Position numbers and translations under genes: made by a program. A stretch of DNA of 64,000 nucleotides from Parvibaculum sp. (lineage in GTDB: Bacteria; Pseudomonadota; Alphaproteobacteria; Parvibaculales; Parvibaculaceae): NCBI GenBank assembly GCA_030645235.1, contig JAUSMV010000030.1, forward strand, positions 1,296,988-1,360,987, read 5' to 3'. Within the stretch, counting starts at the first letter, position 1. Each line of letters opens with the position of its first letter. Under the pieces are notes generated by a model. The model was not told the DNA's origin, made no database searches, and saw only the letters and a list, made by a program, of their open reading frames with translations. This document shows, piece by piece, positions 29,035-38,953 of this stretch.

Positions 29035-29556
29035 TCACTTGTCCGCTTCACCCAAACCGACAAAGCCACCGCGGTAATAGACAAGCGGCGCAAGCTCCGG
29101 TGACACGCGTGCAGCACGCACAAAGCCTATGAGAATATCGTGATCACCGCCGCGAAAGCAGTCGTCGAGGTCGCATTCAAGCGAGGCGCTGATGCCAGCA
29201 AACAGAGGTGCGCCATTTTTACCCAAGCTATATTCGACGCCGTCAAACTTTGTTGAACCGTTCGATGTCGCAAATCTCCTGGCAATACTGCCCTGACCTG
29301 CTGAAAGAATGTTCACTGAGAAAAAACCTGCTCGTTTTATGTGCGCCAACGTTTCGCTTTTCAAAGCAAGTGAGACAAGAACGAGCGGCGGCACCAAAGA
29401 AAGCGCGGAAAAAGCACTGACTGTTGTGCCGACTGGGCTTTCGCTCGCCTTGGTTGTGAGCACAGTGACACCGCTTGCAAAGCTGCCCAGCGCGTTGCGA
29501 TAGATTGTCGGGTCCACAATCGTTTCTTTGTCATCAATATTTGTTGCGTATTCCAT
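29035..29556 (-). CDS. Flavin reductase (RutF/HpaC-like)
   Basis: YRNALGSFASGVTVLT, SLVPPLVL, FSVNIL, GGDHDI, PLVYYRG. Confidence 0.92.
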   Translation of the reverse strand: MEYATNIDDKETIVDPTIYRNALGSFASGVTVLTTKASESPVGTTVSAFSALSLVPPLVLVSLALKSETLAHIKRAGFFSVNILSAGQGSIARRFATSNGSTKFDGVEYSLGKNGAPLFAGISASLECDLDDCFRGGDHDILIGFVRAARVSPELAPLVYYRGGFVGLGEADK

Positions 29557-29575
29557 AAAATCAACTCGTCGCGTG

Positions 29576-30946
29576 TCAGAAAGGATTGTCGCCATAGACA
29601 GGCTTGTAAGAAATCTCACCCGCGTCATCGGGTGCGCGGCCACAAATGGCTAGTGCCGTAAGAGCATAGATGAGAGCGCTGTTTTTCAAATCTTCAGGTG
29701 TCGGCCGCCAGCGCGGCATGCCCGTTGTGACAGCCGGTATGCGATGCATATTGAAGACGTTTTGATCGCGCCACATGCTTGAATAAACAGGGTTGGCGCG
29801 CTGCAATGGTTCATTGAGCGTGAGCTTGGTCGCGTCTGACACAGCGGCGACAAGAGGTGCCACGTCATCAGCATTCGCTTCAAAGCCGTGACGCACCACC
29901 ATCGGTTCGATATCGAAGCCTTCGATATCGAACGTGCGCATCATCGCATTGAGCTCGTGGAGAATATCGGCGGCTTTCTGCTTTGGAGTGAGGCCGACTT
30001 CAAGATAGATCGAGACTATCTCTGTGCCGGTGCCAAACGAATAGGGGATGCCCGCCTTGATGGAATCGATTTGTGTTTTGGGAATAGCAACACCGCCTTC
30101 GCTTTCATAGCGATGGCGCTCCGGCATCGCCCTGCCCCATTTATGAAGCGTGTCGATGATGGGCCCCAAACGATAAATAGGGTTGGGATGCTCACCGATA
30201 TTTTCGGGGTGCTCCATGATCGGCGTGAATATGCCCTGACCATAGATGCGGATGCGAAAGACAGCGTAGCCTGAGCCGATCCATGTGAGGCCGAAATCGC
30301 AGCCCTCTGCAGCAATAGCATAATCAGGTGCGACGCCGCCGTGATGAAAGAGGTAATGTGCGCCAATGTCTTTGCCGAGATAGTCGACGCCTTTACGGTC
30401 CTCAATCGGCTCAGGGCCGATCTCGCCGGGACAAGCGGTGAGATAGAGCTTTCCCGCAAGCGGGATTCCTGCCTTGCGCAAGGCTTTCGCGGCGATCATG
30501 AAACAGCTCATGGGGCCGCGATCATTTGCAATCGGATAGCCAAAGAGCTTGCCGTCTTCAAGCCAGCATTCGAGCCATTCGCGATTATCGAGCGTTTGCG
30601 AGCGATACTTAGCACTATCGAGATCGGGCTCGTAAGTCGGGCTTTCTGTATCTAAATGTGCGGTGAAAAGGAGATTAGCTCCCTCGGCCTTCCCCCCATA
30701 TTCTCCGATGACGTTTTGGCGCTCCGGTGTTGCACCGACGCTGCGCGGAGAAAATCCCTCGCGCTTCATCCAGTCAAACACATACGCGCTGGCCGCTGCT
30801 TCGCTTTTGGAGGGGCTGGGAATATTGCCAAGTTCAAGCGCCAGCGCCGTCAGTTCATCGCTGTCAATTGCAGCTTCGAGGGCGGCATGCTCAGCTTCGC
30901 TCACCTTGTAAGGAGCTTTGCCTTTGATGGTGAAATAGCCACTCAT
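29576..30946 (-). CDS. M20/ArgE-DapE family metallo-amidohydrolase, atypical
   Basis: AHLDT, ANDRG, PGEIG, AAEG; the C-terminal metal-binding His motif is absent. Confidence 0.75.
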   Translation of the reverse strand: MSGYFTIKGKAPYKVSEAEHAALEAAIDSDELTALALELGNIPSPSKSEAAASAYVFDWMKREGFSPRSVGATPERQNVIGEYGGKAEGANLLFTAHLDTESPTYEPDLDSAKYRSQTLDNREWLECWLEDGKLFGYPIANDRGPMSCFMIAAKALRKAGIPLAGKLYLTACPGEIGPEPIEDRKGVDYLGKDIGAHYLFHHGGVAPDYAIAAEGCDFGLTWIGSGYAVFRIRIYGQGIFTPIMEHPENIGEHPNPIYRLGPIIDTLHKWGRAMPERHRYESEGGVAIPKTQIDSIKAGIPYSFGTGTEIVSIYLEVGLTPKQKAADILHELNAMMRTFDIEGFDIEPMVVRHGFEANADDVAPLVAAVSDATKLTLNEPLQRANPVYSSMWRDQNVFNMHRIPAVTTGMPRWRPTPEDLKNSALIYALTALAICGRAPDDAGEISYKPVYGDNPF

Positions 30947-31611
30947 GAGCATGTCCCCCACGCATCGGCGATCTCTTGCGTCGAACGGATGATTGCGCAG
31001 TTGAGTTCGAGCATTCGCAATGCCGCTTCATGAACGTCCGCACCGTAAGCAGCACAAGCATCCTCGGCGATGACGATATGATAGTCGCGATGGAAAGCGT
31101 CGCGCACCGTGCAATCGATGCAGCACTCAGTCGTGAGTCCGCACATGACAAGCGTGTCGACACCGAGTTTCTTCAATACGTCTTCAAAGCCGGTGGCGTA
31201 GAAGGCGCTGTATTTAGGTTTCATTACTACGAGATCGCCTGCCTGCGGCTGGGGACCATAGAAATCCGCACCCACCGTGCCGATCCGACAGACACTGCTT
31301 TCGGCTTCCGGATCACCTTCGCGGCGGCGCATGCGCTCGATCCAAACGGGGCTATCGGTTTCAGGTGAAGTCGCAAGGCCGATAAAGACCACTGGTACAT
31401 TTGCATCGCGCGCTGCCGCGATCAGATTTTCGGTCTGCGCAATCGCAGCGGGAACCGCACTCATATCGACGCCATAGCCACCAAGCACACCATCGGGCGA
31501 GGCGAAATCAACCTGCACGTCAATGACGCAAAGAGCCGAGCGTGCGGGCGCGATCCATTCAGGCAACCCATCCATTTGAGACATTGTGTAACTCATCGAC
31601 AGACTGCTCAT
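30943..31611 (-). CDS. Isochorismatase-family cysteine hydrolase (RutB-like)
   Basis: IDVQVDF (D), KPKYSAF (K), TECCID (C) triad; directly downstream of the RutA-like gene. Confidence 0.88.
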   Translation of the reverse strand: MSSLSMSYTMSQMDGLPEWIAPARSALCVIDVQVDFASPDGVLGGYGVDMSAVPAAIAQTENLIAAARDANVPVVFIGLATSPETDSPVWIERMRRREGDPEAESSVCRIGTVGADFYGPQPQAGDLVVMKPKYSAFYATGFEDVLKKLGVDTLVMCGLTTECCIDCTVRDAFHRDYHIVIAEDACAAYGADVHEAALRMLELNCAIIRSTQEIADAWGTCS

Positions 31612-32672
31612 GCGAAATGGGCCTTCAACCGCGGCAGGACTTCGGCACCCATGATCGAAAGGCCTTTGACGTAGTCAGGGAAAATCAGCATGACGCCGTC
31701 AAGTTCGCAGCCTTCGATCTGCTCTTTGAGTTTTTCGAGACAAGTCGCAGGAGTCCCATGCACGGTATGGGTCATGAACGTGTCTTTAGCTTTTTCGCCC
31801 ATGACAGCGGGGCTGCCATCCACTTCCATGCCATAAGAGCGCATCATACCTTGTACGGCGCCCCAATCGAGACCTTCTTTGTAATAAGCAACAGTGCGGG
31901 CCGCCTCGTCGTCGGTGTCACCGAAGACAACCGTGCTCATGGCAAAGACTTTGATCGTAGTGTTGTATTCAGACGCGACGCGGCGCGCGAGACGGCTGAT
32001 ACGCAGTGTGTCGGCCGCATCCTTGCCACCGATAAAGCAGGCATCGGTGTTTTGCACGGTGAAGCGAAGACCACGCTCAGACTGACCCGCGCAAATGAGG
32101 TAGGGACGTGGTGACGACATGGGCTTTGGTTCGGAGACGCAGTCTTTGAAGTTAAAAAACTCGCCGTCGTAGTTCACATGGTCTTGCGTCCACATGGTTG
32201 TGACGAGCTTGGTCCATTCTTCGGCATAGCGATAACGCCCGTCGTGATCAAGTTCTGGCCAGGCACCCATCTGATTGAATTCATCTTTGAACGAACCCGA
32301 CACGATGTTGAGCCCGGCTCGTCCGCCTGAAATGTGATCAAGCGTTGTAATCATCTTGGCGACGACTGCGGGATTTTGTAGCAACGTGTGAACGGTGGCG
32401 ATGATGCGCGCGTTCTTTGTCACCTCGGCAATACCTGCCATCATGGTAACACTTTCAAGCGACGTGCCCCAATGTTCGGTCTCTCCGCCAAAGCCACGCC
32501 ATTTCATCATCGACATGATGAAATCAAGCCCAATGTCATCAGCGAGAATAGCTGCTTCACGATTTTGCTTGTAGGAAGCATCAAGGCGCGGGGCGTTTTT
32601 GGATATGATCCAGCCGCCATTGGCGATAGGAAGGAAGACACCGAATTCTTTTTTCGAGGCGGGGGCATTCAT
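31608..32672 (-). CDS. Luciferase-like flavin monooxygenase, RutA-like
   Basis: GVFLPIANGGWIIS, MKWRGFGGETEHW..SLES.TMMAG, DHISGGRAGLNIVSG. Confidence 0.85.
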   Translation of the reverse strand: MNAPASKKEFGVFLPIANGGWIISKNAPRLDASYKQNREAAILADDIGLDFIMSMMKWRGFGGETEHWGTSLESVTMMAGIAEVTKNARIIATVHTLLQNPAVVAKMITTLDHISGGRAGLNIVSGSFKDEFNQMGAWPELDHDGRYRYAEEWTKLVTTMWTQDHVNYDGEFFNFKDCVSEPKPMSSPRPYLICAGQSERGLRFTVQNTDACFIGGKDAADTLRISRLARRVASEYNTTIKVFAMSTVVFGDTDDEAARTVAYYKEGLDWGAVQGMMRSYGMEVDGSPAVMGEKAKDTFMTHTVHGTPATCLEKLKEQIEGCELDGVMLIFPDYVKGLSIMGAEVLPRLKAHFA

Positions 32673-32723
32673 TGGCGCGGAACCTTTTGTTAGCGGAACT
32701 GTTAGGATTTTGTGAAGGGCGAA

Positions 32724-34007
32724 TTATTCGGCTACGGCTTTCAGCTCGCCAAGAGCGCGGGCGTCACCCTCATCTTTCGCTTCGCGCAAAGGCGGGCGCA
32801 TGAAGAGAACGGCGATAAGCATAGCAGCCGGCACAATCGTGTAGAGGAAGAAGGCGTAAGAGAAAGAACCTGTCTGGTCGCGCATATAGCCACCGAGCAC
32901 GGGGCCGAAGGCGGCGAGCGTTGCACCGACATTCATCAACGAGAAAAGTTCCAGATACGCACTACGCCCAAAATAATTCATCAACAATACGCAGGTCGCC
33001 AGAAACGTCATGCCATAGCCGATGCCGATGCCGACGGCGTAGATAATGAGAGCAAGCCAGTTGGTGCCGATGCCAAGGCCAATCATGCCTGCAACAAGCA
33101 TCGCGAGCGCGATGACAAGGAGAATTTTGGGGTCGATATATTCACCGATAAAACCACTGACCGCGCGCGAGGCCGAATTGAGGAAAGCTTCGAAGCTGAG
33201 CAGACCGCCGGCCACGCCCATAGCGACGCCAATTTCTGAAAGATGCGCGACGGAGAGACTGTTCACTGTGATACCGCAAAGGAGAAAAGACATGTGCGCG
33301 GCAGCAATGATATAGAACTGTGGTGTGCGCAGAGCCTGTTTGGCGGTCCACTTTTGTGTTGTGACGTAAACGCCAGACGTGTTTTCAATAATGGCGGCCT
33401 CTGCGATATCTTCGGCCTTTTGATCTTCATCTTTGCCTTCACGTAGGAAGGCCGCGCAGATGAGACCGGCAATCGTTGTAAGGATCGCCACAATCATCCA
33501 ATGCATGCGCCAATCGTCCCAGACGCCAACAGCGGCAAAATATATGAGCGGCCCAGCGATGCCACCGACGCCACCGATGGTGAAGTAGATGCCGAAGGCG
33601 AATGACTGCTTTTTAAACGTGCGCCCGATCATGTAGGTGCCGGGCACTGTCGCGACGAATGAAAAGCCCATGCCGGTGAGAAGCATGGCTAGAAAGTAGG
33701 TGGGCACGTCCTGCACGGTGTAGAGGAGCATAAAACCCGCGGCGAGAATGGCCGTGCCGATGAGAAGCGTGACGCGCACACCAACTTTACGGATGAGGAA
33801 AGCGGGCGGAAAACTCGACAGGCCACAGGAGATGCCCATGATCGTGAAACCGAGACCGGCGGACGTCCAATCCCAGTTAAGCTCCTTCACCATCGCCGGC
33901 AGCACAACACCAAGCGAAGTAAAGGTACCGGCTGTGACGAGAAAAAAGATGGCACTGAAAGACAGCAAAACGAACCACGGGTAGATTTTGGAATTGTCGG
34001 AGTTCAT
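32724..34007 (-). CDS. MFS transporter
   Basis: About 12 TM helices; LIRKVGVR and IGEYIDPK loop motifs. Confidence 0.9.
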   Translation of the reverse strand: MNSDNSKIYPWFVLLSFSAIFFLVTAGTFTSLGVVLPAMVKELNWDWTSAGLGFTIMGISCGLSSFPPAFLIRKVGVRVTLLIGTAILAAGFMLLYTVQDVPTYFLAMLLTGMGFSFVATVPGTYMIGRTFKKQSFAFGIYFTIGGVGGIAGPLIYFAAVGVWDDWRMHWMIVAILTTIAGLICAAFLREGKDEDQKAEDIAEAAIIENTSGVYVTTQKWTAKQALRTPQFYIIAAAHMSFLLCGITVNSLSVAHLSEIGVAMGVAGGLLSFEAFLNSASRAVSGFIGEYIDPKILLVIALAMLVAGMIGLGIGTNWLALIIYAVGIGIGYGMTFLATCVLLMNYFGRSAYLELFSLMNVGATLAAFGPVLGGYMRDQTGSFSYAFFLYTIVPAAMLIAVLFMRPPLREAKDEGDARALGELKAVAE

Positions 34008-34056
34008 GTGCTGTCCTTCAGGCTTCTTTGACGCAGTTACTCAGGCTTTAGATAGT

Positions 34057-36552
34057 TTAGAAACGGTAGGTTGCAGTTGTGCGCCATTCGCGACCTTTAC
34101 TCGGCAATACGGCGACGTCGCCATAAAGATCCTGAAGGGGCGTGAAGTATTCTTCATCGAAGACGTTGTCGATGTTGAGAGCGACACGCCAATCGGCGAA
34201 GTCCACATAGGCTGATGCCTGAACGAGGAAGTAATCAGGATACTTTACAGGTGAAGCAGCAAGACCTGCTGTTGACGACACGTAGCGCACACCAACGGTC
34301 GAACCTGCGTAACCCCAATCATATTTGTCGGATGTGAACGTGCTGTAGAGGCTCGCCACGACTTCCGGGATGCGACGATCTTCGATTTCGCCGGAGTAGT
34401 AGCTGTTGCCAGTGATGGCTGCGATGCCGCTGAACGAGTAGCCGACAAGACCTGCACCATAGTAGTCAGCCGGGTTGTAACCAAAGGTTGCCGGCGTGAA
34501 GTAGTAGAAGGCATCATAGCTGTCGAGGAAGGTTGTCTTCTGGACATTGCCCGCGAATGTGAAACTCAGATTCTTCGTGGCGAGATAGCGCAGTTCCAGT
34601 TCGACACCGCGTCCTTCGGTCTCATCAACACCGCCACCAACGGGATCAAGCACGGTGCGGTGCTGGAGGTAGTAAGCGAGAGCGCCCGTCAGCACACCGT
34701 TGAAAGCGTCGAGCTTGATGCCCGCTTCGGCAAGATCACCCTCGGAGAGCCAGTTCTTGTTCGCGATATTGGTGGGCGACACGTCACCCGCCTGGCCAAA
34801 CTCGATGGCGGATGTCTCAGCATAAGTCACATAAGGACGAATGCCATATGGACCTTTGTACATGGCCATAGCGCTGTAAGTGAAGTCAGCGTCATTATCG
34901 TGCTGTGCACCAGGCGTGCAATAGCAGAGCGCGCCTGTGTCATTGGCATCAACGGTGTAGCTATCATAGCGACCCGTCAGCGTGATCGTCATCTTGTCGT
35001 CGAGGTCAAAATCACCCATCGCGAAGAAGCCGGTATCGTCCCATGTCGAGTCGTTATTGTAATCCCATACATAGCCCGAGCCAGCGATGAAGGGTGAGCC
35101 TAGGGTGTCGGTGGGTGTGGCACCGAGCGAGATGTCGCGGCGGTCAAGCGCGATGCCGCCATAGTTAAAGGACTCTTTTTTATTGGCTTCGTAATAGCGA
35201 TAGCTTGTGCCGACATTGAAGCTCGCATTAAGCGGTAGGTTGGGCGCATTCACATCGAAGGCGTAGCTGACGCGACCCTCGGTCGTTGACGCGTCATAGT
35301 CGGCGGGAAAGCCATAGCTTACGAAACGCTGGTTCGATAACGAGTCATAGAACAGTTGCATCGACAATTTGGAACCGTTGCCGAAGGCTTTGATGAGATC
35401 GCCGTAGAGGGTGAGTGTTTCGGTATCGGAGAAATCTGAATCGCTCGTATAGACATCACGATGGCTTAGTTGTGTGGTGCCGACGCCTGTATCAAGCTGA
35501 CGATAGACGAGAGGAACATCGCAAAAGCCGAAGCATTCCGGCGCATGCGTGAGGCCGCCGGGAGGTAATTCAGAGCGATCAACATAACCATTGCCATTGG
35601 CATCGATGATGCCTGTGTTTTGACCGGTGATGTAGGTGCCGTTGTCGATCAGGCTTTGCGTGACGCGGTTCCAGCCCGGTGTCTGCACATAGCCTTCGGA
35701 GTTATAGTACATGGCACCGCCGCCATAGGTCCAACCGTCCAACGTGTCGAATTGGGCGGTGGTCTGGAGGAGCTGGTGCTCTGGCTCGATACCGCGGTAG
35801 TAGCTTTCGGAATCTTCTATTTCGCCATAGACGAAAACGCCGCCGCCGGTGTCACCGAAGTTCAACGGGATGCCAGCTTCAAAACTGCCATTCTTCTTGC
35901 CATAGGAACCGAGCGTGCCCGTCACCTGACCGGACACTTCTGTCATATAGCCGGCTTCTTCGCTGACCTTAGCGGTCTTGGGCTCAAGATTGAGCAGACC
36001 ACCGACTTTGCCGGGACCGAAATTAGCTGTCGGCGGTCCGCGCAAAATATCAACGCGCGACGTCGCCCCCAGCGGCGTCTGATAAGTACCGCGGTTTTCG
36101 ATGCGCTTGAACCCGTGGAAATAAGTTTCGGCGAGAAGACCACGCACATTGAGCGCGCCTTCGACACCATAGTATGAAGAGGTGAAGGTGCCCGGCGACA
36201 CGGCGGCGAGATCGTCCACGGTTGTCACACCATAAGCGGCCATTGTTTCATCGCTGACGAATGAGGCCGAACGCGGCGTCTCAAGCAGTGGCTTTTCGAG
36301 CCCAAGCAAAAGATTGCTCGGTTGCTTTTCGAGAAGACCCGCTTTGTCGCGTTCTGAAATGACGACCATTTCATCAACCGCGGCGGTTTTGGCTGCCTCG
36401 TCCTTTGTCTCTTGTTCTGTCGCGGCGGTGGTCGCCGCATCAGTTGTGGCTGTCGTTTCAGCCGCCCATGCGCCGAGCGGCGCAAGCCCCGTGACAACGA
36501 CGGCTGCCATTGCCGTTCGTGAGACCGAATTAATCAAACTTAACTTGCCCAT
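34057..36552 (-). CDS. TonB-dependent outer membrane receptor
   Basis: Signal peptide; plug ETPRSASFV and DILRGP; C-terminal NIDNVFDEEYF...GREWRTTATYRF. Confidence 0.95.
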   Translation of the reverse strand: MGKLSLINSVSRTAMAAVVVTGLAPLGAWAAETTATTDAATTAATEQETKDEAAKTAAVDEMVVISERDKAGLLEKQPSNLLLGLEKPLLETPRSASFVSDETMAAYGVTTVDDLAAVSPGTFTSSYYGVEGALNVRGLLAETYFHGFKRIENRGTYQTPLGATSRVDILRGPPTANFGPGKVGGLLNLEPKTAKVSEEAGYMTEVSGQVTGTLGSYGKKNGSFEAGIPLNFGDTGGGVFVYGEIEDSESYYRGIEPEHQLLQTTAQFDTLDGWTYGGGAMYYNSEGYVQTPGWNRVTQSLIDNGTYITGQNTGIIDANGNGYVDRSELPPGGLTHAPECFGFCDVPLVYRQLDTGVGTTQLSHRDVYTSDSDFSDTETLTLYGDLIKAFGNGSKLSMQLFYDSLSNQRFVSYGFPADYDASTTEGRVSYAFDVNAPNLPLNASFNVGTSYRYYEANKKESFNYGGIALDRRDISLGATPTDTLGSPFIAGSGYVWDYNNDSTWDDTGFFAMGDFDLDDKMTITLTGRYDSYTVDANDTGALCYCTPGAQHDNDADFTYSAMAMYKGPYGIRPYVTYAETSAIEFGQAGDVSPTNIANKNWLSEGDLAEAGIKLDAFNGVLTGALAYYLQHRTVLDPVGGGVDETEGRGVELELRYLATKNLSFTFAGNVQKTTFLDSYDAFYYFTPATFGYNPADYYGAGLVGYSFSGIAAITGNSYYSGEIEDRRIPEVVASLYSTFTSDKYDWGYAGSTVGVRYVSSTAGLAASPVKYPDYFLVQASAYVDFADWRVALNIDNVFDEEYFTPLQDLYGDVAVLPSKGREWRTTATYRF

Positions 36553-36614
36553 GCCTGAAAGGCCCCCTTATCTACTACGCAGAACCAGATTGTTCGCAGA
36601 TGCAGGATACAGAG

Positions 36615-36630
36615 AGCAAGGCCTATGCCA
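36615..36630 (-). promoter_or_regulatory. Sigma54 (RpoN) -24/-12 promoter of the TBDR-MFS-rutA-like operon
   Basis: Minus strand TGGCAT-AGGCC-TTGCT, near-consensus; AT-rich tract upstream (possible IHF site). Confidence 0.8.
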
Positions 36631-36734
36631 CTTGGGTAACATATTGATCTATATAGTGAAATTTATTTTTTAAGCATGCCCCGCAATGAGTTTTGACAAA
36701 AAATCATCACGCATCGCAACATCGTCCACTTGTT

Positions 36735-36780
36735 TGCACCCGTTAACGGCAGTTGGCCGTCCGCGCACAAAATTCGACAA
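36735..36780. promoter_or_regulatory. Candidate NtrC-type enhancer sites
   Basis: TGCACCCGTTAACGGCA (36735-36751) and a weaker CGCACAAAATTCGACAA (36764-36780), 105-150 bp upstream of the sigma54 promoter. Confidence 0.4.
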
Positions 36781-37156
36781 GTTTCCGTGCGCGTAAGACG
36801 CGTTTGATCAAGTGGCTTTAGGGCAACGGTTACGAGATTGCTCGTCGGCGAACCGGACAGCGCATGCGTAAAATGACGTAAGGCTTGAGAAAATGTGGTT
36901 AAGGGCGGTGTGAGCCGATGCGCGGCGGCGCGGGGGTCACAGACGTCAAACACGCGCTGAAAAATGTAGCAACGCTGTTTGAGTGCCAATTTGTTGATCA
37001 ACCCGCCCTTGTGCCAACACAACGAAAAAATCCACACAATTCATTGGGCGCTTCCATACAAGACCAGCCAAAGAATGAAGACTTAACTGCGCTCACACAT
37101 TGTTAGAAGTGACGCTGAGTCTGAAGCGACACTGGGTAAGAAGTGACGCATAGAGC

Positions 37157-38011
37157 ATGACAACCGACAACCTCATTCGTACCCGTCCGTTGATGGCGGG
37201 TTTTGGTGTAGAGATTCTTGATGTGGATCTCTCGACGGCGGACGAAGACGCAAGGCAAAATGTAATCAGACTGTTCCACGAGAATGGCGCGATAGTGTTG
37301 CGCGGTCAGACCATGGCGCCTGATGACTTGATGGCTTTCATCAAGCTCTTTGGCGAACCGGAAGACCACACACAGACAAAGTTCACCCTGCCCGGCTATC
37401 CGAAGATTTTTCTGTTGTCGAATAAGGAGGTCGATGGCAAGCCCATCGGGGCACATAATGACGGTGTAGGCTGGCACACCGACTACTCTTACAAAGAAGA
37501 GCCGGTGATGTGCACGATGCTCTATGCCATCGAAGTGCCGCCTGAAGGCAGTGACACGCTGCTCGCGGATCTTTGTGTCGCCTATAATGTTTTACCCGAT
37601 GCGCGCAAAGCAGAACTCGACGGGCTAATGTTGCATCACTCCTATCAGCACCTGATGTCGAGCCGCGAATTTGGCCGCATGGAACTTTCAGATGAGATGA
37701 AGGCGGCCAATCCTGACGTCATCCATCCGCTTATCCGAACGCATCCCGCCAATGGGCGCAAAGCCTTGTGGGTGAGCACCGGCACGGTCAAAGGTGTGAT
37801 CGGTATGGAAGACGCTCAAGCCCAAGCGTTGCTTGACGAGTTGGTAGAGTTTGTCACTGAGGAGCGTTTTGTCTATCGCCACAAATGGCAAGCGGGCGAT
37901 ATTCTCGTTTGGGATAATCGTTGCACCCTGCATACGGGCACGCTGTTTGACGATACAAAATATGTGCGCCTTATGCACCGGCTCTGGGCCAAGGGCGACA
38001 AACCTTTCTGA
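37157..38011 (+). CDS. TauD/TfdA-family Fe(II)/2-oxoglutarate dioxygenase
   Basis: GWHTD, DTLLAD, HPLIRTHP, WDNRCTLH. Confidence 0.92.
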   Translation: MTTDNLIRTRPLMAGFGVEILDVDLSTADEDARQNVIRLFHENGAIVLRGQTMAPDDLMAFIKLFGEPEDHTQTKFTLPGYPKIFLLSNKEVDGKPIGAHNDGVGWHTDYSYKEEPVMCTMLYAIEVPPEGSDTLLADLCVAYNVLPDARKAELDGLMLHHSYQHLMSSREFGRMELSDEMKAANPDVIHPLIRTHPANGRKALWVSTGTVKGVIGMEDAQAQALLDELVEFVTEERFVYRHKWQAGDILVWDNRCTLHTGTLFDDTKYVRLMHRLWAKGDKPF

Positions 38012-38042
38012 GACCGCGCCTCTCCTTCCGACTGGAAAATAT

Positions 38043-38888
38043 ATGACGAGCCTTAAGCCCAAAGTCTGGTGGATCACCGGCGTCAGTTCAGGATTTGGCA
38101 GAGCGATTGCCGAGGCGGCACTCGCGCGTGGTGACACAGTTGTGGGTACGGTGCGGCGCGAGGCGGACGCCAAGGGCTTTGAAGCACTCGCCTCTGGACG
38201 CTCTTTAAGTTTCATCCTCGATGTCACGGACGATGAAGCGGTGCACAAAACTGTTTCATTCATTGAGATCGCAACAGGTGGCATCGACATTCTTGTCAAT
38301 AATGCAGGCTATGGTCTTGTCGGCGCGATTGAAGAGGCAACATCTGCTGAAATCCGTTCGCTGTTTGACGTTAATGTATTTGGGGCGATCAGCGTCATTC
38401 AAGCAGTCTTACCCTATATGCGCGGGCGGCGAGCGGGGCGCATTATCAATGTTACATCAGTGAGCGGACTAGCACCCTGGATGGGTACGGGAATTTATGG
38501 CGCGAGCAAATTTGCGCTGGAATGTATAGGTCAGACGCTCGCTGAAGAGGTGAAGCCACTTGGTATTAAGGTAACAAACGTGGCGCCCGGCGGCTTGCGA
38601 ACGGATTTTGCCACGCGATCGCTCACGACGTGCAAGGCCGAGATTGCCGATTACGAACCGACGGCGCATATGGCTCGCAGCATTTTGTCGAGAGGCGGCG
38701 GTAGCGAGAAGGGCGATCCGGAAAAAGCGGCGCACGCGGTACTGGCTATCGCTGACGCGGACGAGCCGCCAATGCATCTTCTGCTCGGTGCCGACGCGAT
38801 GCATTATGTCGGGCGCTCGCTCGGTGCCTTTCATGCGGAAATAGCTGACTGGGCACCGCTTACGGTTTCAATCGCCTACGACAAATAG
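38043..38888 (+). CDS. SDR oxidoreductase
   Basis: ITGVSSGFG, NNAGYG, YGASK. Confidence 0.92.
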   Translation: MTSLKPKVWWITGVSSGFGRAIAEAALARGDTVVGTVRREADAKGFEALASGRSLSFILDVTDDEAVHKTVSFIEIATGGIDILVNNAGYGLVGAIEEATSAEIRSLFDVNVFGAISVIQAVLPYMRGRRAGRIINVTSVSGLAPWMGTGIYGASKFALECIGQTLAEEVKPLGIKVTNVAPGGLRTDFATRSLTTCKAEIADYEPTAHMARSILSRGGGSEKGDPEKAAHAVLAIADADEPPMHLLLGADAMHYVGRSLGAFHAEIADWAPLTVSIAYDK

Positions 38889-38906
38889 CTTCAGAGAAGG
38901 CCAAAG

Positions 38907-38940
38907 AAAAAGAGCGGCACTTATATGCCGCTCTTTTTGT
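38907..38940. terminator. Bidirectional intrinsic terminator
   Basis: AAAAAGAGCGGCA-CTTATA-TGCCGCTCTTTTT between convergent genes. Confidence 0.88.
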
Positions 38941-38953
38941 ATCTGCGTTGCGC

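Noticed and set aside
31608-32672. Assigning the symbols rutA and rutB
   Set aside because: The proteins are clearly related but divergent, and rutC, rutD, rutE, rutG and rutR are missing, so substrate identity cannot be assumed.
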